A stretch of DNA of 63,631 nucleotides, filler included, from Octopus bimaculoides (Eukaryota): the NCBI RefSeq assembly GCF_001194135.2. It is 4 parts of 4 records of this genome, joined end to end, with 100 filler letters (N's around TTAATTAATTAA, not from the genome) between each part and the next. Parts side by side here need not be neighbours in the genome. Positions count along the whole stretch, not along the records: positions 1 to 31,234 come from NC_068990.1; 3 more parts are not named here. One strand, written 5' to 3'. A program made the position numbers and the translations under genes. Below, in pieces: positions 13,560 to 24,434 of the stretch. The notes beneath the pieces were generated by a model. That model had not been told where the DNA came from and did not search any database. It worked only from the letters and a program-made list of their open reading frames with translations. Each line of letters begins with the position of its first letter. Position 1 is the stretch's first letter.

Positions 13560-13742
13560 GGTGAGAATTTACAAAAACCAAATGACGAAGACGGGTGTGA
13601 AAACAACAAACAGATGTATTAGTTTAACGCTCGGGAAGTGAGGAAGTCTTCTACGTTTCGCACCTACGCTCTTCGACAGAAAGGAACACAGAAATAAACA
13701 GGGAGAGAAAATAAAAAAGGTTTAGTTGCTAGTGGTCTATCA
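13560..13742 (-). mobile_element. Short interspersed repeat carrying a hammerhead-like motif (13648-13683)
   Basis: Minus strand reads CTTT-CTGTCGAA-GAGC GTAG GTGC-GAAA-CGTA-GAAG. A homologous copy lies at 48860-49022. Confidence 0.6.
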
Positions 13743-13984
13743 TGTATGTATGTATGTATTTATGTATGTATGTATGTATGTATGTATGTATGTATGTATG
13801 TATGTATGTGCAGACTTGTATGTTTTATGTATGTATTCTCATGCATAAAGTTGCATATCTGACATGCTCATATATATTTAAATGATAAAGTTCTGGAAAG
13901 TTTTACAAACTTTTACAATTCCAGCGGTGGATTGGATCGGTAGTCTTCGAATTAGCTTTCTCTTTTCTGGTTTTGAGAAAGTGA

Positions 13985-14222
13985 TAGAAATCAAACATTC
14001 AGTCAACATCATGGTGTTTGGAGTGATCACAAGTGATGGCTAGTTATGCCTCCATTCACCTACTCACACGGCCTCAGACTCAACACAGAGGCCTACATCA
14101 AGTGCCTGGAAGAGGTAGTGCTGTCCTGGGTCAGGAGGATGGCTGCTGGAGGACACTATGTCTGGCAACAACACTCTCCACCATACCACACAAGCAGAAG
14201 AACCCAGTCATGGTTGTCACAC
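13985..14222 (+). mobile_element. Tc1/mariner (maT/DD37D-like) transposase fragment
   Basis: KHSVNIMVFGVITSDG*VMPPFTYSHGLRLNTEAYIKCLEEVVLSWVRRMAAGGHYVWQQHSPPYHTSRRTQSWL. The second catalytic D (QQD) is mutated to H. Confidence 0.8.
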
Positions 14223-14278
14223 AGCCATGACTGGGTTCTATTTATAATTTAAAAGAAACAGACATTGTGACAATGTGT

Positions 14279-14649
14279 GGAGGTGCAATGACTCAGTGGT
14301 TAGGGTAGCGGACTCGCGGTCGTAGGATCCCGGTTTCGATTCCCAGATCGGGCATTGTGAATGTTTATTGAGCGAAAACACCTATAGCTCCGCAAGGCTC
14401 CAGCAGGGGGTGGTGGCGAACCCTGCTGTACTCTTTCACCACAACTTTCTCTCACTCTTTCTTCCTGTTTCTGCTATACCTGCATTTTAAAGGGCCACTC
14501 TCGGTGTCACGCTGAACTCCCCCAGAACTACGTTAAGGGTACACGTGTCTGTGGAGTGCTCAGCCACTTGCACGTTAATTTCACGAGCAGACTGTTCCAT
14601 TGATCGGATCAACTGAAACCCTCGTCGTCGTAACCGACGGAATGCCACG
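14279..14649 (+). mobile_element. Full-length tRNA-derived SINE family D with TSD
   Basis: A box TGACTCAGTGG, B box GGTTTCGATTCC, perfect 15-bp TSD ATTGTGACAATGTGT at 14264-14278 and 14650-14664. Confidence 0.9.
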
Positions 14650-15899
14650 ATTGTGACAATGTGTCACTATGTGTCACGTTGATTCTGCCGGAGAATTACA
14701 CTGAAAGTGTACTTGTCTATGGGATACTCAGCTACTTGGGGGTAAAGAATTCATTTGATTGAAAGGAGGCTAAACAGTCATCGTCTAACGATTGAAACCA
14801 ACTACTATACATACATTTGTACATACATACATACATACATACATACATACATACATACATACATACATACATACATACAAGCATGCATACATGCATATAT
14901 ACATACATGCATGTGTACATACATGCATACATACATGCATACATACATACATTCAAGATGATCGCCTCATCTTGTCAGATGATAACCGTCACAAGTTCAG
15001 CCTAATTCTTCTGATTATTTTCATCCTTGTATGTGCACGGATATCACTTTCACGCCATGCTTCCATCAACTCGCCTTTCTTCTTCTCTAATCTTCTGTGT
15101 TTATCATTTTTTTTTTTATCTAAACCTCTCGTTTACTTCTACTTTACCATTCCTTACCAGCTATCAGCTATTTATCTTTTATTTTTCTTTGTCATTTCTT
15201 CATTAGCACTCACTAAGTAATCATATTTCACATTAGATATTCTTTTTAATTTTCCAGTTATTTGACCGATTTGTAGTCAAAAGTTAAGTGAACATATGAC
15301 TCACGTAATACTTGGCCTTGATATAACGTATGCACGTAATCTTTTTTTTGTGTGAGTAACTAATTTTTCCCGTACATGACATGCCAATTTACTCAAAGAA
15401 AATGAGTTTTATCAACCGCACTCACACTGGACAACACACACACATACACATTCACTTACGCACAGCTGTCCAATAAATTTTCGAAGTCAGAAAAAAATAT
15501 AACAGATGTAATAGAAGTGATATTTATAGAATATTATACATTTAGTCTCATCGCATACAATTCATATTATTCAAAGGTTTCGTGTTAAAGAACCGTCCAA
15601 GTGTGGTGAGAAAGATCAACCCAACACCATTTGGTAACTTGATAATACATGTACATATATGCATACGAGCCTACGAATTACAAGCATGCACATCCGTATA
15701 TGCGACTCCGTATATATCCGTAAGCATATATATCTGTACATAGACATGACAGAAGTGAATAGACGTGCTTGTAATCATTAAAATTTATTTAAATCAGAAA
15801 TTATACATTCAAATTATTAATTATTATAATGTGAATATTTAATATTTAGTAGACAGGCCGTTTGCATTTTTCAATGCACGACCCTATTAGGCATGTTAC

Positions 15900-16580
15900 T
15901 GATCATGTTACTGCGGAATTTCTTGCCAAGCTTCATGTAGATTTGGTATTGAAGATGCATTCATGTTCTTTTATGAAGTGTCCTATCTATTATGTCCCAG
16001 AGATGTTCAATAGGGTTCATATCTGGTGACTGGCTTGGCCATGGAATATTTTTAATGCCATTCTTATCTAACAAATCGTGGGTCATTTTAGCTGTGTGAC
16101 AAGGAGCCCCATCTTCCATAAGTAAAGAGTCTTCTTTAATCATTTCACCACTGGGGAAGATTGGAAGGAGTCCTTTCTGCAATATGGATACATATTTATC
16201 TGAGTTTATGTTTCCCTCACACTCCACCAGCTCTGATCAATCATTGCTCCAAATTGCTCCCCAGACCATCACAGAATAGCTGCCGTGTTTCATTGTTGGC
16301 TGCGATCTTTTCACATCAACTTGTTCTGCTAAGTCAGAGGCCTTGCAATAAGGATTATCCTCCACACTTCTCTTAGCAAAGAAAAGGGTCCTGTCAGAGG
16401 GCCCTAGTTGATCTGAGCGAGGTGATATGAATTCCTTCCCCTCTCTGGTAAATTTCACAATCACTCTATTAAGAGTAGAAAGCAGGATCCCAAGGTTTTC
16501 TGAGATTTTATGCTGACAAAACGGCTTCTTTGAAATTCAGACAGTTCCAAGGCTTCTTTTGTACATGGTATGATTAAACA
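15900..16580 (-). mobile_element. Tc1-family DD34E transposase relic with internal deletion
   Basis: ELSEFQRS N-terminus, VMVWGA, MEDGAPCH followed after 34 residues by E (WPSQSPDMNPIE). The region with the first catalytic D is missing; frameshifted. Confidence 0.85.
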
Positions 16581-17997
16581 GTCACATATAGAACCTGAAA
16601 CATAAAAAATATCAGTTAATGAAAAATATAAACCTTTACAAGTTAGACTAAACATAAAACGATGTTTTATGGGGTATCTATTTACTTCTGTCGTACATAC
16701 ATACATACATAATATATAAATACATACAGAGGGAGAGAGAGAAAGAAAGAGATATAAAGAGAAAAAATGAAGGAAGGGAGGGAGAGAGGGAGGGCGGTAG
16801 CATCGGAATTAGCAACAAGATAATATGAAAAAAAATTATGACTAGAAATAATATGGATGTTTGGGAATTGGGTTACAGGAGAAAAGTCAGAAAAAGCAAA
16901 TGAAGAAGAAAAGCGAGGAAAAGAGATTGATGCAAAGAAGAAAGATAGAAAGAAGAGACTGAAGGAAAGAAAATATATAAAAATATATAAAAAACGAAAA
17001 GGTTGGAAGTTCTAGCGGAGTTTTCGAGTTGAATTCATAATCGATTGGTTATGGAGACCATTATAAGAGAGAATTCCATTACAAACTTGTGTAGCAACAA
17101 TACAATGTTCGTTATCTTTAAAACATATTGATTTCTTGTATAAGTACAAATTCACTGAATTATAAAGTAGGTGGATGAGGATTGTGTGGCCTTGATGCCT
17201 TCCTCAAATGCAATTGTTGATGTAACTGTCGACCTGTCTCCGTATCTGTTGGTAGTAGCTTCTTTTGATTGAGAATAAGACTGCTTCATGTTGCTACTGC
17301 TGCTAGTACACCGCTGCCGCTGTTGTCGTTAAGTTCCAGGTCAGCCCCGATCAAGCTGAAACACGGTTAAAAGCATCCCTGCCAGATAAGGATAAAATCA
17401 TTCTGTCTTATCCTCACGTACTGGGAACGCGGGACTACATCATCCAATATAGCTTTTTTTTTTTTTTCATTTTAAAGGCTGCAGGGCACGAATCATGGAA
17501 GATATGTCTTCTGTTTTCAAACACGACTGGCCGTGTAGAGACCTCATCTTTGGTTCGTAGATTAGTTATTACAGTAGTAGTGTTAACGTTATCGCTATTT
17601 GACTCAAGATCATCCCTAATAAAGGAGACCAATTATCAAAGGCGTTCCAACCACGACCTTAAATTTTTTGTATTCTAAGCACTATAATGATCAATGAACT
17701 CTCATTTAAGACGGTAGGGTTTGATTTGCGAGGACATTTGTCACTTCTTTAACTAGATTTTTAATACTCCCTTAATTAAATGTCCTTTCCACTGTAAGCA
17801 CAAGGTCTAACATTTTGTAGGAAGGGGCTAGTTGATTACATCGACCCCACTGCTGAATTGGTACTTATTTTATCAACCTGGAAAGAGTGACATGCAAAGT
17901 CGGTCTGCCCCGAAATTGCTGGCCTTGTACCAAAATTTGAAAGCATTATATTATTATTATTATTATTATTATTGTTGTTGTTGTTGTTGTTGTTGTT

Positions 17998-18900
17998 ATC
18001 TTCTTTCAATTTTGTTTTCATTTCTTGCCGAGTGTCTTCCCAACACTTAGGGCAAAGAAATTCACTGTAGACATTAATAGGCCATTGAAATAAACACACC
18101 TGATTGTTCATTTACAAAGTCATCTGATAGAGAAAAAGGGGAAGAAAGGCAGAGGAAAGAAGGAAAAAAAGCAAAGAAAATAAGAAGGAAGGAAAGAAAA
18201 TTCACAGCTACAGTTCTCTTCTCAATACGTGTGACAAACCAGTTATGACAATTTTTTGCACTTCCTGCATGGATGGTAAGCCAGGGATCATTCTCAAACA
18301 GTGATTGTAGGAGCACTTGGAATTATCAAAAAGGGAACTGAAAATTATGAGATGTCACATTTTGTCGATTTCAATCAGCAGATCTTTATATTTTCTGAGC
18401 TTATCAAATTCTTTTGCCGAGATATTATGATAACAAGGTGTGCTCAAGTCAATCAATAAACAGATTTTATTGTTGTGGTCTTTCACAACAATATCTAGTT
18501 TATTAGCTTTGATGATCTGGTCTGTATGTACTTGAAAGTCCCTAAGAATCGTTACATTTTCTCCCCCAGTTACAACCTCAGGATGGTGCTCGTACCATTT
18601 GTCAGCAGTTTTGATTTTATAATACCGACATATTAACCAGTTAGATATTGGCCAATTCTATCATATCTAGATTTATATTCTACTGGCGCTAAAACCTTAC
18701 ACCCAGAGATTAGGTGGTCCTTCGACGTTGCAGTATCAGCACTTTGAGTCTACTCCATTCTTCATCATGTTGGCTTGGTAGTTCCTGGTCAATAAGCTCT
18801 AATCTTGAGCAGCTAAGATAAAGCCTTTTCTCTCTGTCTTTAGCTCTGAGCTCCGTATCCACTGATGGGTGTGCTTCTGGTCTACACCAGCTTGTTTACT
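17998..18900 (-). mobile_element. R4/Dong-clade non-LTR retrotransposon, 3' fragment (copy i)
   Basis: THQWIRSSELKTERKGFILAAQD*SLLTRNYQAN, WYEHHPEVV, WDFQVHTD..KANKLDI, LIDLSTP, KYKDL, QKIVITGLSHVLRR. The 3' UTR ends at an (AAC)n(AAT)n tract. Confidence 0.85.
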
Positions 18901-18910
18901 ACGGCCACAG

Positions 18911-19135
18911 GGCGGCGAGCTGGCAGAATCGTTAGCACGCCAGGCAATTTGCTTAGCAGCATTTCGTCCGTCTTTACATTCTGAATTCAAATTCCGCCAT
19001 GGCCGAATTTTGCCTTTCTTCCCTTTGGGGTCAATAAAATAATTACAAGTTGAGCACTGGGTTCAATGTAATTGATAATCTCCCTACCCCAAAATTTCAG
19101 GCCTTGTGCCAATAGCTGAAGGAATTATTATCATA
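18911..19135 (+). mobile_element. SINE family A
   Basis: GGCGGCGAGCTGGCAGAATCGTTAGCACGCC head through GGCCTTGTGCC and an ATTATTAT tail. Confidence 0.85.
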
Positions 19136-19490
19136 TTTGATGAAAACTCTCAGTTTATTTTGCTGGGTATGATGGAAAGTGTCAACTGTTTACAGACAGT
19201 AGACTAAGGTGACACTTATTTACTGATCATACTTCAAATGCAGGGAACTCTTGCAGTTTCAAGAAATGCTGATTTGTGTAGGTGTTCTGTCTTTACATTT
19301 TTACCAGTTTTTTTTTTTTTTTTTGNNNNNNNNNNGTAGGTGTTCTGTCTTTACATTTTTACCAGTTTTTTTTTTTTTTTTTGAGCCACGTTGGTAGTTG
19401 AGTGCTGATACTTCCAAGCGTGCCAATCAATATCCGTATCACGCTCACACTTTTCATTGCCCTTAACCTGCGTATTTCCAACTTCAATTC
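19135..19490 (-). mobile_element. R4/Dong-clade 3' terminal fragment (copy ii)
   Basis: EIRRLRAMKSVSVIRILIGTLGSISTQLPTWL...KTEHLHKSAFLETARV, followed by a short 3' UTR. Confidence 0.7.
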
Positions 19491-19536
19491 ATCATCATCA
19501 TCATCATCGTCATCATCATCGTCATCATCATCATCA

Positions 19537-19584
<48 letters not shown>

Positions 19585-19605
19585 TCATCATCATCATCAT
19601 CATAC

Positions 19606-19660
<55 letters not shown>
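19490..19660. repeat. Compound (CAT)n(CGT)n(CAT)n(TAT)n microsatellite
   Basis: Directly visible. Confidence 0.95.
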
Positions 19661-19662
19661 TT

Positions 19663-22600
19663 ATGTTTGACTTTTGCTTTGAATTTGTACAGGTTGGCTA
19701 TAAGTCTCACCCAGAGACCTCAAGAGACAACAGGTTAGAAGTTCATGTTGGTGTTATGCCTAGGGCGCCATATATTTGGTTTTGTATATAGTGTTGTTCT
19801 AGAGAATTGTGTTTGTTTTTAAATTTGAGATTACATAGTATTTTACGTAGGATATGGGCAGTTCTCATGAGCACTGGCTTTTGAATTTCTGCCATTTTGG
19901 GGTTTCCTGGTATCTGAGCTAGGTAGCAATCAGCCCCTTTTGCTATCATTCCAAGGGCACCTATGACAACAGGTATTGTTTTAGTCTTCAGGTTCCACAT
20001 TTTGCTAATTCCTATTTCAAGATCTTTATACTTGCTCAGTTTTTGGTAGGTCTTGACAGATACGTTTATATCGATTGGGACAGTCATATCAATCAGGAGG
20101 CATGATTTTTGTCTGAAGTCTTTCAATATAATGTCTGCCCTATTCGCATCTGTATTTCTGTCATTTTGAATGGTGAAGTTCCAGAGGAGTGAGATGTGAT
20201 CATTTTCAAGCACTGGAGGTGGTTTGTATTCCCACCAGTTTTTATCATGGGGCAGGTCCAGGTTTTTGCACATTATCCAGTGAATATATTGTGCAGCTGT
20301 ATCATGCCTGTTGAGATACTCTGTAGGCACAAGAAGGCTGCACATGGAAACAACATGATCAATGGTTTCATTTTGTTGTTGATATACACAACATGTTGGG
20401 AATATGTTGGCCTGGTAGTTTCCTTTTGGTAAGCATTGATCTTGGGCTATGATAAACTGTTTGTTTCTGATTTTATGCCAGAAGCCATTTGCCGTTGATG
20501 GGTAAGGGCTTTTTCAACACCGGCATTATTAGCTCTATTTGAGTATTTGCCATTGAGAGATTTTTCTTGCCATTTATCCATAAGAATATCTAAAGCAGCA
20601 GTTTTAGCACGAGTTTTCATTCGCTTAGATTTTTCTCTGCTTGTTTCCAGTACATCAAAATCTGGAATTTGTATTTGGAATTCATTTATATATTCCTTTG
20701 CCTGTTTTGTTACTGAGTATGATGCATTCTTGTTTTCATGTTTTGAGACAAGTTTTAACATCCAGTCCTCAGAGTTTTTCAGGTAAGTGTTTAGGCCAAT
20801 TGTGGCAATATTCATTGTTAATGCCAGTTGTAAAAGTCCACGGCCTCCCTCTTTTCTTAGCAGATAAAGTCGTTCTATATCTGCCTTAGGGTGGTGCATT
20901 CTATGCATTGTCAACAATTTTCGTATTTTTCTGTCAAGATTACATATTTCAGTAATTAACCAGTTAATGATACTGAAACTGTAAGTCACGACTGGTATGG
21001 CTAAAGTATTGATCGCTTCGATCCTGTTTCTTGCATTCAGTTCTGTCTTGAGTATTGCTCTCACCCTGCGATAACACTCTCTACTGATCTTTTCCCTCAT
21101 CACTGAATGTTTGATTCCGTCCCTTTCAAATACTCCAAAGTATTTGTAACTCTCCGCTGGTTCTAACTCCTTTATGACATTCTGCTGGTCAAGGTTAACG
21201 TTAGATGATTCTGTCAATTTTCCTTTGATAAAGGTAGCTTTTGCACATTTATCGAGGCCAAATTGCATCCTGATGTCATCACTGAATTGTTTAACAACGC
21301 TAGTAAGCCCTTGAGTTGTTGGTCATTTTTTGCAAAGAGTTTTAAACCATCCATGTAAATGAGATGATTTATATCTTTATCAAACATTTTATAACCGTAC
21401 TGTACATCATTGAGCAATTTCGAGAGAGGTATTAAGGCTAGAAAAAAGCGGAGTGGTGATAGTGAGTCACCCTGGAAAATGCCACATGAAATTCTTACAT
21501 CTCCAGCATTTAGAGATTCATTGTCACTGTTCAAAGTCAGTGTGGTTCTACATGATCTCATACTTACAGATAAAAAGTTTCGCAGAGTAGGAGCTATTTT
21601 ATACGTTTCCAGATATTTCTTAATCCAGCTATGTGGTAGGCTATCAAAAGTTTTTTATAGTCTATTGACAAGTTTTTCTGTCGTTTATGACAATCTTCTA
21701 AGATAATCTTATTCATGAGTAGCTGATCTTTACAATCACGTTTACATCCCTTTTGCTCATTAGGGAATATACCACTTTCTATTAAAAAACTAAAGGCATA
21801 TTCAGTCAGGACAGATGTTAGCGTTTTATACATTGTTATTAAGTAGGATATTGGTCGATAATTTCTTGGTTCATTTGTTTCTTCATTTTTTGGAAGTAGG
21901 AATGTTAAACCATTAACTAGCTAAGAGGGTATCATACTAGGGTGTTGCAAAACACCGTTGTAAAGTTTTGTTAGTAATTCATGGCTCTCTCGGAAGGCAT
22001 TCAACCAGAAGTTAGAAATTTTACCCTTTCCTGGAGACTTCCGTTTGCTTGACTTCCCTGAGAGCAGATCTTATATCTTCTACCTTGATACTCTCCCACT
22101 TTTGCTCTTCTAAGGAATCAAATTCTGTAGATATTCTATCAATCCAAGGGGCCTTTTCATTGTGCGTTTTTTTCTTCTGTCCAAATTTTATTCCAAAATT
22201 CCTGCACTTCTTCTTTTGATAGGACAGACTTTACTATAACTGGTATTTTCCCTATCTTCCTGTAAAAATTCTGGGGGTTATTTTTGAACATGTTGTCCTT
22301 GAAGAATCTAACGCGCTTTTTATACCTTGCTCTGCAGGCAACTTTAGCACATGCCTTTTGCTTTATTGTTTCTGTGGTGTCATCAATGTCAAGTATGGTT
22401 TTCATATTATATTTTTTCTTTAATTTTCGGGTTTTTGTAGGTTTAATATTCTTGCCAAACTTAAGGTTTTTCAAACATTCTATGTCAGACCTAAGTAGCT
22501 TAATTTGGTGTTGAATACGCTCTTGCCAAGAAGGCATTTTGTGGGAGTGTTGTCGTTTTCTAATCTTTTCACCACATAGAATCGTTGAGATTTTCGCGGA

Positions 22601-23800
22601 TGCATAGTACAGATGGTTGAGATCTGTATTATTAACCTCATCAGCTGAAATTATATCCTTAAGTGCAAGGCGGATTTTACCAATTATTTTCAGGTTTTGG
22701 TTAGAATTGCGAAATTTGGGGAGAGTATCGCGTTCATTCATACTGGTTTCTTTAAGTTTCAGCCATTCAATCATGATTTGTTTTTTTTAGATCATGTAGT
22801 TCTGTTAGGTCAATTTCTGTGTGACTTTCTTCATTTATTTAATTTTCATCTGCCTTAGTGTTTATGGTTGGTTCGGAGAGTAGCTCACTTTGCCCATCAG
22901 CTACATTAACTCTTTCGATCATTACTGCATTTTCATCAGTCATGGGTTGGTCTATAATTACTTCCTCTGTAGTATCTTCATTAGCTGCAGCTTCGTTCTT
23001 TTTTTATCCCTTACTGCTTGTTTAATTTGGTCAATCTCTACTTCAGTTAGTAATGTTTTTTTACAATGTTTCTTCTGACGTTGGCAAGTTTGTTACTGTC
23101 TATGTAGGGTCTTACTTCAAGGTGTTTCTGTCTCCAGTTTAAGTAGGTTTGTACAGTATTATACTTATATGTGGGGAAATATATGGCATGGTAGATGGAT
23201 AGCCATCTTTTGGAATATTCCGGTTGTGGGGTATTGCCAGCTTCTGTGTTTCGGGAAGATTTGAACCAGTAGCTGATTCTTTTTTGTCTCGAATCTGGTT
23301 CATCATTCGAGTACGTCACCCTTTGTAATACGGTTGATGACCATTCCGGCTTGTATTTTGCTTTGTTATCAGTGAAGCATGACGAGCTTCAACGTTGACA
23401 TTAGGGGACAAATCTGTCTGTTTAGGGTTAATTTTCTCAAACAACACCGTCTCCGAGTTCTGTGCATGTAAACATTGCTCGTAACGTAGCTTCTTAAGGC
23501 TAACAGATCTGTATTCGTCTGTATCTTTTTTTTTGATAGATTTATCTCCGAGCATAGTTTTTTGTGGTGTTTTTAATCTTATGAAAGGTTCACTTTATCT
23601 GTGTTAGTTCGAAAAATTAAAAAAAGTTTTGTTTTTGTTTTTGCTTCGTTTATGACACGTGTTTTCATATGCGTAAATGTGTGTCCTGTAAATTTCACGT
23701 AGTTGTGTAAACATTGAGTTGTATATGTAGTCCTATGGTTATATATGATTGTGTAGACATTCGAGTGTATGCGTAATTACTCAATTTATGTACTTACTGT
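19663..23800 (-). mobile_element. Near-full-length degenerate R4/Dong-clade LINE (RT plus restriction-like endonuclease; copy iii)
   Basis: N-terminal NKLANVRRNIVKK, NEQKGCKR, GIFQGDSLSP, HLIYMDGLKLF, HPKADIERLYLLRKEGGRGL, EYLNRHD, LLWNF, LLIDMTVP, KLSKYKDL, IPVVIGALG. Many frameshifts. The 3' end is followed by (TAA)n in element orientation. Confidence 0.92.
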
Positions 23801-23802
23801 TT

Positions 23803-24390
23803 TTACCTTCCACGACTGGCTCAGGATGATGTTCACATCAGTAAGCAGGAGTGTTGATTTTGTAGTGTTTACATATTTTCCAATGTAAATATTGTCCTAC
23901 CCTGTCGTGGCGATTTTTATATTCGTTTGGTGTCAGCATAGGACATCTCGAGTCGAGATGGTCTATTGTTTCGTCAAATTTATCGCAGAATCTGCATTTA
24001 GGGCCAGATCCGTTTTGAAGAACGTTAGCCTGGTAGTTTTTGGTAAGCAAACTTTGGTCTTGTGCTACTAATAGGAAACCTTCAATCTCTGCTTTCAGCC
24101 CTGAGCTTCTCAGCCACTGATGGGTTGTTGCTTGGTCTACATCAGCATTTCTGCTTCGAAGTATATAATGTCCATGCAAAGGCTTCTGGCTCCACACTCC
24201 GCAATTTGCTTCTGCCCGTAATTTTTGGCTGTCTGCTTGATCCGTTTTGCCTGTTTCGTGGCAGTGGTTTCAGATTCTTCATCTAATTCAGGGTTAATAC
24301 CGAGTTCCCTCGTGAATTTGCAAGCATCCTTGACAATAGAATGTGATTCTTTGCCGCTTTCGTGTTTGAACACAAGCTGCAGCATCCAGT
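23803..24390 (-). mobile_element. R4/Dong-clade fragment with CCHC zinc knuckle (copy iv)
   Basis: WSQKPLHGHY, QWLRSSGLKAEIEGFLLVAQDQ, CRFCDKFDETIDHLDSRC, YKNRHDRVGQYLHWKICK, EHHPEPVVEGK. Confidence 0.88.
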
Positions 24391-24421
<31 letters not shown>

Positions 24422-24434
24422 GTAATAATAATAT

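Noticed and set aside
15850-16700. Terminal inverted repeats for the Tc1 relic
   Set aside because: I could not find a matching pair of ends, so only the coding remnant is reported.
19276-19383. ~48-bp direct repeat GTAGGTGTTCTGTCTTTACATTTTTACCAG(T)nG
   Set aside because: The two copies sit on either side of a 10-N gap next to a T homopolymer, so this is a duplicated contig overlap artefact.
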